64,000 nt of DNA from Takakia lepidozioides (lineage: Eukaryota > Plantae > Bryophyta). The notes below the pieces were generated by a model. It was given only the letters and a program-made list of their open reading frames with translations, did not search any database and was not told the DNA's origin. The stretch is from NCBI GenBank assembly GCA_030704615.1, contig CM060733.1:57722001-57786000 (forward strand), in the 5' to 3' direction. The translations under genes and the position numbers were made by a program. Positions 14,105 to 27,093 of this stretch are shown piece by piece (within the stretch, counting starts at the first letter, position 1; every line of letters begins with the position of its first letter).

Positions 14105-15445
14105 GACATCCACTTCCAGGGCTGCCTTGAAATACATATCCACCAAGGCAGTGTTTAGAGTGACAACTCCAGCTTTGATGATGACATCATGGACCTTTGT
14201 GCCCTTTTGATGGCTGCCAGGCTCACATTTAACATAGATGTACACCAGGGGAATGTTCAGAATGACATCTGGTACAATTCCAGCTTGGATAATGTCACCA
14301 TAAACCTCTTTGCCCCTTCCCAGGGCTGCTAGGCTCGCATATGCATATTACAAAAACAAATGAACATGACGGCCTGGTTTGGCTTCATCCCTTCCCACAT
14401 CATTTGCTCTTATGTTTCCAAAGCCTTAATCCCATACCCATGCTGCACATACCTTGCAATCATGGCACTCCAAAATACCACAACTCGTTCAGCCATATTG
14501 TCAAACTCTCCCTTCACATCAGGCTTGCTGCACCCACATTTGGCATACATGTCCACCAAGGCAGAGTTCAGAATGACAATTTCCCCTTTAACGATCGGCA
14601 TAAGCAAGGGGAAGGAGACAGCAGAGCTGCTGCTCTCTCCCAGCGCCAAAAAAACCAAAAGAAAAAAAAATTGAGGGGCTGAGAGAGCCGCCATGGCTGT
14701 GAAGTACCAGTATGCTGCAACGTGATGTGGTTGGGCTTCACCCCTTCCCCCATCAATATTTGATCATGGGTCTCCAAAGCCTCCATACCATGTCCCTGCT
14801 GTGCATACCCTGCAAGCATCACCCATTCACAATCTCCAAAGCCTCCCTGCCAACCCAATATATAAACAGAGTACACATAAGTTCCTTGCTTTGCATCCTC
14901 AATGCACCCACATTGGGCATACATGTCCACCAGGGCAGAGTTCAGAATGACATCTGGTACAATTCATGCTTTGACAATGTCAACATAGACCTCTTTGACC
15001 TTTTCCAGGGCTGCCAGGCTTGCATAAGCATTGCAATCACACAAAAATGTGATGTGATTGGGGCTTCACCCCTTCCCCCATCATTTGATCATAGGTCTCC
15101 AAATCCACCATCCCACGCCCTGCTCTGCATACCCTGCGATGCTTGTGAGTGTGTACCTGCTTTCCAGCTTCCAAACCTTTTTGGCGTGAATCCACATCAT
15201 TTGTTGGCACTAGGAAAGGGTTGAGACTGAGCTGCTTAACTACTCCCTGGTCTTACATAGTGGGTTTACATAGTGTGCCAAGCACAACATCTGGAGCCAA
15301 AGCCTCCATCCAGTGCCCCTGCTGTGCATACCCTGCAAGCATCGAGTTCTACGACACCACATCAGCTCTGACAATGTTGCCATGGGCCTCTTTGCCCTTT
15401 TCCAGGGCTGCCAGGCTTGCACACGCACTGCAACCGCACACAAAC
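14105..15445 (-). pseudogene. Scrambled PLS-PPR motif fragments in CACTA-B
   Basis: Several partial L/S/P motifs ([31 protein letters not shown]) with frameshifts and filler. Confidence 0.85.
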
Positions 15446-18400
15446 CTGATCAGCCCAAAACCAATGGCCAGCCTCTCACTGTGGTGGCAAAGAGAAAATT
15501 CCTTTTCCTCCCCCACATCATGCAATACAAAGCGCGTATCAGACACATACCCCGCCTCCTTTCATCTGCCCAGACAATCTTCTCAGCTCAGCATGGATTT
15601 CCTTAATTGGGATGCAACTTGTCATCTACAGCAAGGTGTGCACCCTGTCGCCAACCCCAATGCAGCAGCGACCTGGCTGCTTTCTAAACCCCTCTGACCT
15701 TCATCATTCTTCTCACCTTTGCAGTATCATCCCACCTGCCAGCTGCAGCATACATGTTTGATACCAACACATAAGTCACGGCATCCTGTTCATCCCATTT
15801 GAGGATAGATGTTGCCGCACGTTCAGCCATCTCCACATTGCCATGGATTCTGCAGGCACCAAGCACGGCCTTCCACACCACAAGATCTGGATTGATTGGC
15901 ATCTTATTAATCAGATCCACTGCCTCATCCAGTTGTCCCGCACGTCCAAGAAGGTCCAACATACAGCCAAAGTGCTTTACTGTCGGAGTGACACCATGAT
16001 CTTGATTTCCTTCATTCAGTAGGCCAGTGTGGCTGCATGCAGAGAGAACACATATAAAGGTGAGACTGTCCGGCTTCAAGCCATTCTTTTGCATTTCCTT
16101 CAAATAGTTGCAGGACCTCCCTATGACCATGCTGGGCATATCCTGCGATCATCGCGTTCCATGACACCACATTTCGTTCAGCCATATTGTCGAACACTCC
16201 CTACGCATCCTCAATGCACCCACATTTGGCATACATGTCCACGAGGGTATTGTTCAGAATCACATCTGGTACAATTCTAGCTGTGGCGATGCAACCATGC
16301 ACCTCTTTGCCCTTTTCCAGGGCTGCCAGGCTTGCACACGCACTGCAAACGCACACAAACGCGATGTGGTTGCGCTTCACCCCTTCCACCATCATTTGCT
16401 CATAGGTCTCCAAGGCCTCCATCCCGCCCCCCTGTAGTGCATACCCTGCAAGCATGGCGTTCCATGACACCAAATCTCGTTCAGCCATATTGTTGAACAC
16501 TCCTTCCACGTCCTCAATGCCCACATTTGATATGTATGTCCCCGAGGGTGTTGTTCAGAATCACATCTGGTACAATTCCAGCTTTGACGATGCAACCATG
16601 GACCTCTTTGCCCTTTTCCAGGGCTGTCAGGCTTGCACAAGCATTGCAAACGCACACAAACGTGATGGAGTTGCGCTTCACCCCTTCCCCCATCATTTGC
16701 TCATAGGTCTCCAAGGCCTCCATCCCGTGCCCCGCTGTGCATATCCTGCAAGCATGTCGTTCCATGACACCAATTTCGTTCAGCCATATTGTTGAACACT
16801 CCCTCCACATTTGGCATACATGTCCACAAGTTATTGTTCAAAATCACATCTGGTACATTTTCAGCTGTGACGATGCGACCATGGACCTCTTTGCCCTTTT
16901 CCAGGGCTGCCAGGCTTGCACACGCACTGCAGACGCACAGAAACTTTATGTGGTTGGGCTTCACCCCTTCCTCCATCATTTGCTCGTAGGTCTCCACAGC
17001 CTCCATCCCGCGCCCCTGCTGTGCATATCCTGCAAGCATGGCGTTCCATGACACCATATCTTGTTCAGCCATATTGTTGAACACTCCCTCGGCATCCTCA
17101 ATGCTCCCACAATTGGCATACATGTCCACGAGGGTATTGTTCAGAATGACATCTGGTACAATTCCAGCTTTCGCGATGCAACCATGCACCTCTTTGCACA
17201 TGCATTGCAAATGCACACAAACGTGATGTGGTTGGGCTTCACCCCTTCCCACATCATTTGATCACAAGTCTCCAAAGCCACAATCCCCCCTTGCGTGCCA
17301 CGACACCACCATCTTGTTCAGCCATAGCGTTGAAAATGGCCTTCGCATCCTCTTTCCCCTTTTCCAGAGCTGCCAGGCTTGCACACGCATTGCAAACGCA
17401 CACAAACGTGATGTGGTCGGGCTTCACCCCTTACCCCATCATTTGATCATAGGTCTCCAAAGCCACCATCCCACGTCCCTGCTATGCATACCCTGCAAGC
17501 ATCGCGTGCCACGACACCACATCTCGTTCAGCCATAGTGTTGAAAACTGCCTTTGCATCCTTAATGCACTTACATTTGGCATACATGTCGACCAGGGCAG
17601 TGTTCAGAATGACATCTGGTACAATTCCAGCTTTCACGATGTCATCATGGACCTCTTTCCCCTTTTCCAGGGCTCCCAGGCTTGCACACGAATTGCAAAC
17701 ACAAACAAACGTGATGTGCAACATTTGCTCATAGGTCTCCAAAGCATTCCTACCACACCCATGCTTGGTAAATCCTGCCAACATTATATTCCACGTGATC
17801 AAAGATGGTCGAGGCATTCTGTGGAAAACCTGGTGAGCATCCATGATGCTCCCACACTTAACATACATGTTGACAAGGGTGTTGAGTAGAAAAACATTTG
17901 GCATTAATCACTTTGGATAATGTGAGTGTGCACCTGTTTCCAGCTTCCAGACCTTTCATCTTGATGCACTTAAGCAAGAGACAGAAGACGTATCTGAATC
18001 TGCTGAAATGCCTTGTTAGTTTAAAGTTGTAGAGCCTCTGTCAGTCTGCCTGCCTCACAAAGCATCTTCACATGCCCAGCATAAGAGGCATTGTGGACTC
18101 CCTCTCTTGATCCTCTTTCAGAAGCTGTGGTCATGGTTGAGGTGCTTGATTTTATCAACTGTGCCGCTGCAGCTGCTACCTTTACTTGACCATCTACCCA
18201 TGCAGGTTTCTTGTAGCTATTGATCCACATGGAATCATAGGTAATCTGGAGCTTGAAGTCCAGCCCTCTTGGATGAACCTGGACCCACACTCTATCCCTG
18301 CTCCTTCAGCTATCCATGCCTCTGCACAAATCATGCATACTGCATCCTTGCCTTGTTGCTAGCACCTGACAATGACAGCCTAGATTTGTTCTAGGAAACA

Positions 18401-18470
18401 CCTAACTCAACTTATCACACTAGTTCCTATGGTCAATTGCATCTGTTACTCTTTGTAATCCAACAAGCAT
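15445..18470 (-). pseudogene. PLS-PPR-E1/E2-DYW RNA-editing factor pseudogene (DYW truncated)
   Basis: Leader, then PLS triplets, then P2L2S2/E motifs ([55 protein letters not shown]). Then PG box KQPGRCCI and [27 protein letters not shown]. Multiple frameshifts. Confidence 0.9.
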
Positions 18471-19205
18471 TCACCTTTTTGCCTCGATTGTCCCGCCATT
18501 GCCTGGGGTCAGAAAAGTATCAGAATTCAACATGGAAATTTAGGGCCAATTCTGATAAGAGGGAAAAATAGGGGTGAAATTTGTTGAAGAAGGTACCTTC
18601 ATTAGCAGTGCCTGATTTTATCAATTGAGCCGCTGGTGCTGTGGCTTCCAGTTCACCATCTACCCATGCAGGCTTTGTAGCTATCCTTCCACATGGAATC
18701 ATAGGTAATCTGGAGCTTGAAATTCGGCCCTCTTGGATGAATCTGGACCCACACTCTATCCCTGCTCCTTCAGCTGTCCAGACCTCTGCACAAATCATGC
18801 ACACATCCTTGCCTTGCTGCAGCTAGTAGCTGAAGCAGCTGACACTGACGCCCTAACCCTACCTACAATAACATGTCAAAATCACTCCAAAACCACCATA
18901 GATCCACCAACGAGCTTCTCCTAATCTATGTTATCTGTTGTGCCGCTACTGCTGCGGCTTCCAGTTGACCATCTACCCATGCAGGTTTCTTGTACCTATC
19001 CTTCCACAGGGAATCATAGGTAATCTGCCGTCATATACCCATCACAGGTCCAATCCAAACAGCAGCCCTAACAGCCACTTTTGGCAAGACCAGACATTTC
19101 AAAGACTGCCCTACATAATAAGCTTACACATATACCACTTTTAGCAGCTCAATGAGAATCCTGTCAGCTTTGGAAGAACACAGAAGAAAAAGGAGTGAGA
19201 AGAAC

Positions 19206-19344
19206 CTCGGCAGGGGTCTGCTCAGCGCGAAGGCGTCTGCCATCGAAAAGGAAGGCGATCAACTGGCCGACGGTCGCAGTATGCATGCATCAGCTTTCGA
19301 AGTGTGGCTGTGGTCTTAATCCTGAAAAAAACCTCCCCGCCATC
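19206..19344 (-). pseudogene. SUMO: Captured SUMO exon
   Basis: [47 protein letters not shown] with one small frameshifting deletion. Bounded by ag| and |gt. Confidence 0.9.
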
Positions 19345-19529
19345 CTACACATTGCAGCATCTCCGGCCATCCGTTACTAGACCCATACAAATTCTCCTTC
19401 ACAACACCTTCTTCTCCAACCACCCGAAATTACCACAATTCTCGCAGCTTTCTTCACGAGGAGAATCTACTGAGAGTCCCTGACATTTGATATAACCAAA
19501 TATATTTGTGAACCACATAAGAGGTGTAC

Positions 19530-19637
19530 CTGCGGACCCAACCATTGTGGGGAAGTACGCAGCACATAACGATCCTGCTTGGGTTTCTTCAACGGGTCAG
19601 TCTCGTGCAATGCAGCAGCTGCCTTCATGTAAGAGCT
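19530..19637 (-). pseudogene. PAL: Captured phenylalanine ammonia-lyase exon fragment
   Basis: [36 protein letters not shown] followed by a |gtacac donor-like site. Confidence 0.9.
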
Positions 19638-20688
19638 TTGACCCATCGAGGATTTGACTGACCACCTCTTGTGTGTGCTGCTTGTGTCTGTAGTCAGGTA
19701 ATGTCGGATTGGTCTGCGAGAGGATTGGTATGCGAGAACCACCACGATGCAGCTGAGCGGGCGGAGATTGAAACACGGCCTGCTAAGACCAAGCCGACTC
19801 TCCCAAGAACGTTGTAAACATCAGGAAGAATACCAAATCATGGTACTAAGAGCCCACATTTGCAGGATGGACAAACATCTTCACATCGTACATTAAGAAA
19901 AGCCACACCTTGCGATTGCGGTTGTCCACCCAAGCTATTGCATATCCTGCAGATCCTCCCACGCAAACACAGCGAAACAATCAAGTCCCATAACTTACTC
20001 ATCGCTGAACGCAATCCCGCAACCCTAAATCCATTTTGAATTATTTGGATGAATGTATCGTAGATGGATGGATTTTGGGTTTTCCATCAATCTATCCATC
20101 CATCCATTTAATTTTCCGTTCATCCAATAGTTGCCAGCAAGGCATTTGCTTTATCGTTCATTCATACGTTCATCCAGTGTACACAAATTATATTTCATAC
20201 GTTCATCCAACAGCTGCCAGCAAGGCGTTTGTTTATCATTCGTTCAGATAATTCAGTTGTTCTGTTTCACTAACCTTTCATACGTTCATCCAATAGCTGC
20301 CTGCAAGGCGTTTGTTTATCATTCGTTCAGATAATTCAGTTGTTTTGTTTCACTAACCTTAATCAGCACACGATTAGTTTACTATTAATGTGCTGGGTCA
20401 GTGAAAAAATAGTTAAATGTTTTTACTTCTTCTTATTATCCACGTATATATTACTATATATAGTTTATATATTGTGATTACACATGCCATTGCTTAACTG
20501 GTTGTCTCAGTCAACTCATTTTAGGTAGTCAAAATCTCTCACTACAGTCAAAATTTCGCGGTTGTCTAGCACCTCGAATATTTTAATATAAATTTTGACT
20601 GCAAATGGTTGGAATAGTCGAAGTGACAACAGTCAACGCCATCGTCAAACTAAATCGTCGAAATTACATAGGGTGTGTTGTAGTGTGA

Positions 20689-23600
20689 TGATAGCCCTTC
20701 CATTTCATGAGATACTCCGTTTCTCGATTCTTGAACCTCCTCGACTTAAGCACTGTCTCCACCTCGTACTCAGGTTCATTTTCATGATCCAACAGCACAG
20801 GTGGTGGACGCAACACTTGATGTCGATTCGGACGCGCTTCATCTTTGAAGTAAGGCTTCAAAAGGGAGACGTGGAATACCGGATGCACTTTGCTGTTTGC
20901 CGGCAGCTCCAATTCATACACATCCTCATTCATAACCTTCTGGATGCGAAAGGGTCCCGCATACAGAGGTACGAACTTCGGGCTTACTTCCAGAGGTAGT
21001 CAGAAATTCTTGATGTTCAACCAGACCTCCGTGCCTGCCTCAAACTTAACTTCCCTCCGCTTCCGATTCGTCTGCTTTTCATACCGTTTCCTAGTTTTGG
21101 CAATATTGTACTTTGCGAACTTCAACAAACGCTCGCGTTATTCCAGCACCGCTGCTGTTGCTGGTTCCTCAACGTCTTGGGCGGCCCAACTTGTCGGCAC
21201 CAAAGGTGTTTTTCCATAGACCAATACGAAAGGGGAAACTCCCGTTGCGGAGTGTTTTGTGTTATTATAACAGAACTCTGCCGCATCCAAGTGCTCCACC
21301 CAGTCCGATTGGTCTGCCGACACGTAATTCCGCAGGATCTGCTTCACCACGGAATTCACCCTTTCTGTTTGGCCGTCCATCGTAGGTCGGAAGGCGGTGC
21401 TCATGTTGAGCCTTGTGCCCATTTTCTTCCAAAGTACCCTCCAAAATTTACTTGTAAACTTTGGATCGCGGTCCGAGATAATATCCTTCGAGAGTCCATG
21501 ATGCTTGAAGACGTGGGCAAAATAAAGTCGCACCGTCTCCTGCGCCGTTGCCGTCTCCTTGGTGGGGATGAAATGGCCCATTTTACTGAACCTATCCACC
21601 ACCACCATGATTGCATCGAATCATTTTGACAGCGGCATAGCAGTCATGAAATCCATCGAGACACTTTCCCAAGACCCCTCTGGAATCGGCAAGGGTTGTA
21701 ACAGTCCCGCCTGCTTTTTGTACTCGCTCCGGTTTTGTTGGCATGTGGTGCATGTCTTGACATACTCCTCGGCCTCCTCCCTCAGTTTAGGCCAGAAATA
21801 CTCTTTCTTCAAGAGTGCCGCGGTGCGCTTGGCTCCGCCATGGCCCGCAAGCGGGCCATCATGGCATTCTCTCAAGAGACTATCTCTGATCCCTCCCTTC
21901 GGCACGTACAGACACTTTTGCTTGTACCGGAGCAGTCCATTTTGCAAGTGGAACTGCGATTTAACCCCCATCCTCAAGTCCCGCATCACGGACTTCGTCA
22001 TCTCATCCTTCCGGTAAGCCTTCCGGATCTTCCTTTGGAGTGCCGTCTCACCCCTGTACACCAACATGAGCTGCTGCTTTCTACTTAAAGCATCGGCCAC
22101 CACATTGTCCCGTCCCGGTTTGTACTGGATATCCACGTCGAACCCCGCCAAAGTATCTTGCCACCTAAGTTGTTTTGGGGACAACTTAGGTTGCGTGGCA
22201 AAATACTTTACCGTGACATTGTCCGTGAATACCTTCACCGGGTTGGAACCAACATAGTGGCGCCAAAGCTCAAGGCAATGCACCACCGCCTTCATCTCTT
22301 TCTCGTGCGTCGGCCACCGTCGCTCCACTTCATTCAGTTTCTTACTTTCGTAAGCCATTGGACGTCCATCTTGCATAAGTACACCCCCAATCGCGAAGTC
22401 CGACGCATCTGTATGAATCTCAAACGGGCGGCCGAACTCCAAGATTTTCAAGACTGGAGCTTCCGCCATCCGCTGCTTCAACTCGGCAAAAGCTTGGCCA
22501 CAAAAGGTGTTCCATACCCATATCTTGGATTTACACAGAAGGTCTGATAGCGGCCCCGCGATCTTGGCGAAATTTCTCACATACTTTCGGTAATAGGAGG
22601 CGAGTCCTAGGAAGGATCGCACTCCCGGGACCGAAGTCGGAGGTTCCCAGTCCAAGATCGCCCTCACATTTTTGTCATCCATTTTGATCCCATCCTGTGT
22701 AATCACATGCCCTAGAAACTCCACTTTTGTGACCCGAATTCGCACTTTGAAGCTTTGGCATACAGCTTCCCTTCCCGCAATTTCTGGAACACCCTTTTGA
22801 GGTGCTCCAAGTGCTCTTCTTTTGTTTTCGAGTACACCCAGATGTCGTCGATGTACACGATCACAAAGTCATCCAGCCACTCCTGGAAAAGGCTGTTCAT
22901 TAGCGTGCTAAAGGTCGCGGGTGCGTTGGTGAGGCCAAAAGGCATCACCAAGAACTCATACGAACCATATCTTGTACTCTTGCACGCGGTTTTCTCCTCA
23001 TCTCCTTCCGCCCCGCGGATTTGATGGTAGCCGGAGCGCAAATCGATCCGGCTGAAATACTTTGCTCCTGCCAACTGATCGAAGAGGTCGTTGATTCTTG
23101 GCAAAGGGTACCAGTTCTTGATAGTCACCTTATTCAGAGCCTTGTAGTCGACACACATCCGCAACGTCCCATCATTCTTGTCTGCGAATAGCACCGGGGC
23201 TCCGTAAGGTGACTTACTCGGCCGAATGTACCCCTTTGACATTAGATCCTTGAGCTGGGTCTTCAGCTCGACCAACTCTCTGTGGCTCAACCGGTAGGGC
23301 ACCTTGGTAGGCGGCTCCGATCCTGGTATCACCTCAATCTTGTGGTCAACTCCCCTTCGCGGTGGCAAGCCACTTGGTAACTCCTCCGGCATCACATCCT
23401 GGTATTTCTTCAAGATCCCTTTGATCCAATCTGGGTTCGGCTCCCTATCGCCTTCTCCCTTCACTTGTCTTACGTAAAGCAAAAACCGGGGCTCGTATGA
23501 CTCCTCCACGGCCCACTCCCTTGCTGACAGAAGGTTTATTCGCCCTCCCACGGGGTTGGGCGTTTCCGACACTCATAAAACCTTGCCACCATTCCCACAC

Positions 23601-25153
23601 GGTAGCATGACTACTCTCTTGCGGCCATCTATGACCGGTCCGGATTTGCTCAAAAAGGTCATCCCCAAAATGAGATCCACTCCATCGATCTTGCAAATGG
23701 TGAAGTTCTCACGTCCCTCCCAACTCCCCAATTGAAGAGGAACATCGAACGCCAACCTCGTCGCCAATTGTGGTTCTCCTTTGGCAGAACGCACCTCAAT
23801 AGAGGCCCCCACATCACTTGTCGGGAGTCCCAGCTTCCGTGCTGTTGCTGGTGTCATGAAGGAGTGCGACGCTCCTGTGTCCACCAACAACGACACATTA
23901 GTTCCGGAGATTATCCCACTCACAAACATTAACTGATTCCCTTTACGCAAGGCGTCAGTTTCCTGATACAACTCACAAGAGTAGTTGCCTACCTTGCAAG
24001 TCTTGGCGACCACCGCCTCCACCAAGCGGCTGATGGAATCTTCGGACAACTCCGTGGTTGCCCGAGTCATGTTCAATTGTCGGGGTTTCGTGCATTTCTT
24101 GGCCATGTGCCCGGGCTCCCCACAATTGAAGCATACTCCATCGAAGGTCGCTTTTTGTCCGCCACAAGGCGTCGTACCTGATTTTCCTTTCGGAGCACCG
24201 GGTGTCGTCTTGGCGTGTAAAGGCCCTCCCTTTGATTTCCACGTGCCATTGTCGCCGCGTGGCCTATCCTACTTCTTTTCCGGTCGAAAGGAGTCACCCT
24301 CCCGCTGGGTCTTCTTGTGGTTGAGTTCCGTACGGCCTTGTCTTTCGCCCCTTGGGACATCCGAGAAACATTCAGCCCTCTCAATTGCCTCGTTCAAAGT
24401 CTTAGGTGGCTTCTCCTCCAACTTCCGCCTGGCCCATGGGGCCAGTCCCGCCACAAAGTTGAAGACCATTTCTGGTTCTGCCATGTCTGCGACTTCGAGC
24501 AACAACACATTGAAAGCCTGAACATATCCCCGAATGTAATCCGTTTGCTTCAAATTCCTCATCTTGTCCCGGGCGAGCCAGGACGCATTGAGGGGCACAA
24601 ACTGTCTCTTCATAAGTTCATTGAACCCACTCCAGTTCAAGGTTTCCGGGTTTGGATCTCGGTCGTGAAGGCGTTTCTGCCACCATTGTTGAGCATAGCC
24701 CCTCAAATAGGTGGGAGCCACTTCTACCCGATCCTCGTCACTCAACTTGGCCGCCCAGAAGTACTGCTCTAGCTCCAAGAGCCAGGTGTTGAGTGCCTTC
24801 CGATTTCGGACGCCCTCGAAGGTGTCGGGTTCCTTAGGCTTCACCTTAAACTTTGCCTTAGTGGAAGTGGCTTTAGCCGCCTTCAGCACGTCTTTCAACG
24901 TCCCACCAAACTGCGCCAACAACCCTTCCCAAAAGGCTGCTGGCATGGGAGACATCTGTTGGTCTGTCGGAGCTCTCAGGGATTCCTTGGGCTCCGACTC
25001 CTCAGATTCCTCCCGTTCTTAAGCGGCCTCATTTTCAAAAGCATGCATCGCTTCCTCAAATGGCCGCTTCGGTGACACGTCGCCCCCACCAGGCTCACCA
25101 GGATCATCATCTTTTGGGCCGTTCCGCTTTCGCTTTGGCTTGCCCGACCCCAT
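20689..25153 (-). pseudogene. Gypsy gag-pol (gag, CCHC knuckle, protease, RT, RNase H, integrase, N-half of chromodomain) with frameshifts and stops
   Basis: CFNCGEPGHMAKKC; LLVDTGASHSF; VYIDDI; TDASDFAIG; ECHD..GH..CTTCQ; SMDF/SDRD/GQTERVN; HPVFHVSLLKPY; YEVETVL..YLMKWKGYH. Confidence 0.93.
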
Positions 25154-25194
25154 GATGAGGCCGATCCCAAAGACGATCGCGTACTGAACTCTAA

Positions 25195-25206
25195 GCTCTG
25201 ATACCA
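25195..25206 (-). promoter_or_regulatory. Primer-binding site complementary to initiator tRNA-Met
   Basis: TGGTATCAGAGC on the minus strand, 2 nt inside the 5' LTR boundary. Confidence 0.9.
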
Positions 25207-25208
25207 AG

Positions 25209-25935
25209 TATCGCGCACCTCACTTTGCTAAGCTCCCCTTCAAGTCATAGTTACTCGCTTTGATGCGCGCGCCTAATTCCCAACCTGGCCGTCGGGCCAA
25301 CTCGGAGCTTCAGCTGCTCACCGGGACATAACGGTCCCCCTTTTCTCCCCCAACAGACCCTCCACCAATTTGGGCCTAGTGGAAATTCCCTTTGGTAGTT
25401 GGCAGTCCGGAATAGCTTCCCACTTCTTGGTCGTTTTCCGGCTCGCACGCTTACTCACTAGTTTTTGGTCACCAACGGGCTTGCACCGTTCTCGGGGTTA
25501 CTACTCCCTATATATACTTCTGTGACTGTCCGCGGGGGTTTCACAAACAACCATGCCATTTTATGGCGAACCACCACGAAGACCCTCGATTCCCGGTGAT
25601 GAGTCACGGTGAGTCTTGGCCCACCCACCACGGCCCCATTGGACCGTGGTGAGTCCCAAGACTCCCCCACGACTCCCACCACAAGGTGTCCGCCCCATGG
25701 TGAGTCCTATGCCACCCCCACTAAGTCCCACTAAGCTACCACCACCCCTTGTGGAGCCACCCCCACCGCAACCCGGTGTGCGGGGCTCCACCTAGTGAGC
25801 GCCTCCGCCTCCTTGAGTGCCTTGGGCACTGAAGGGTGCTTCAGCCCCCCCGTACCTATTGTTGCCACCGCCCCCACCACAGGGGCAGCCCCTCTGCGTC
25901 CCGACCCCCTGCCCTCAAGGCAAAGGGCCGCGACA
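25209..25935 (-). repeat. 5' LTR
   Basis: Direct repeat of 11175-11898. Its terminal TG is mutated to TA at 25209-25210. Confidence 0.95.
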
Positions 25936-27093
25936 GTAAACATCAGGAAGAATACCAAATCATGGTACTAACATGAGCCAACAACCCACATTTGCAGGAT
26001 GGACAAACTTCTTCACATCGTACATTAAGAAAAAGCCACATCTTGCGATTGCGGTTGTCCCACCATCCTGAAGAATCTTTAAGAAACTTAGCTCTGCTCC
26101 GTGTTGTAAAATCAGGGCCGAGCGGGTAGAGTTTGAAACACGGCTTGCTAAGATGATTCTGACTCTCCCAAGAATGGCGAGCTCCCAGCCGAAACCTCCT
26201 CGCACACATACCCTAGCGTTTCTAGAGTTGCTTGCTTGAGATGCAAAGGTTGCTCCAACTGCGGGCCTCCCATGCATGTTTGCCCTCCCTCCCGCTCGCT
26301 CGCTCTAAGTCCCAGCCCTCTCTCTCTCTCCCTCCCGCTTGCTCTAAGTCTGTTCACGCTACCGTGATGGGCTACTTTTTAAGTTTTTTAACCTTTTTGT
26401 AAACCCTAAAAGCCCCTTTTTGATTTTTTTTCTTTTCTTAAAGGAAACCACAGGCCCTTGAGGAGGGGGGGAAATTCACCCGCCTTCATTTATGGGCCAT
26501 AAGACCTACAGGACGATCAACGCCCAGACATACCGTCACGAACAATCCCACACACGGGATAAGGGCAGCGAGTTTGAACCCCAAACCACCAGGGCGACAC
26601 ACTGTGCACTTACTAGCCGATGTGTTTTTTTTTAAATCTTTTTGCACTTTGTTTTGTTTTGTTTTGTTTTTAATTCATTCTAGTGGTGAGAGTCTCCGTT
26701 TTTTCAAAATATAAATACTCAGATATTATATATATAACCAGAAAAGCATGTGTCGACACGTGCAGTCATGTAGTGATTCATCCATGTGATGATATGGCAG
26801 AATGCATTAGAGTGAGAGTCATGAAGTCATATGTCTGTCTAGCAATATGCACACGTCATTCCAGTTTAGCCATGACCGTGACTGGTAGTCATATCTGCCA
26901 TGCCAATATTCGTGGTCAAACGTGTTTGACCTGTGTTGCGCAGAGTCCGGAGCCATGCAGTCGCATATATGCCTTCCTCAGACCTGCATTATGACTTCAA
27001 AAGCATTTTACAACTGTAAATGGCATTTCTGCCACAAATCTGTCATGACTGCGCACCCATGGGAGTCATAAAAGCCGCAATCTGTTTGTAGTG

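Larger units (their letters stand above)
12904..20685. mobile_element. Pack-CACTA element B (7.8 kb, non-autonomous)
   Basis: Left end CACTATAATACAAACTAGG at 12904. Right end ...CATAGGGTGTGTTGTAGTG ends at 20685. Perfect 3-bp TSD TGA at 12901-12903 and 20686-20688. TGAC-rich subterminal regions, with internal duplications at ~13150-13810 and ~20195-20360. Confidence 0.92.
11175..25935 (-). mobile_element. Full-length chromoviral Ty3/Gypsy LTR retrotransposon (defective; interrupted by CACTA-B)
   Basis: LTRs at 11175-11898 and 25209-25935. 5-bp TSD GTAAA at 11170-11174 and 25936-25940. PBS, PPT and gag-PR-RT-RH-IN-chromodomain are present. Confidence 0.95.
7321..27093. mobile_element. Pack-CACTA element A (non-autonomous, ~5 kb once the nested Gypsy is removed)
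   Basis: Left TIR CACTACAACAGATTGCGGCTTTTA at 7321. Right TIR TAAAAGCCGCAATCTGTTTGTAGTG ends at 27093. Flanking trinucleotides GTC/GTT (1 mismatch). TGAC/GTCA-rich subterminal regions at ~7350-7990 and ~26700-27070. No transposase recognised. Confidence 0.85.

Noticed and set aside
15445-15690. U-to-C type DYW:KP domain
   Set aside because: The PG box and HSERLA are of the canonical C-to-U type.
19467-19745. Functional PAL gene
   Set aside because: Only ~36 codons match PAL and no other PAL exons are present.
24269-24271. Programmed gag stop-codon readthrough
   Set aside because: The second copy has TGG at this position (~36589), so the TAG is a point mutation.
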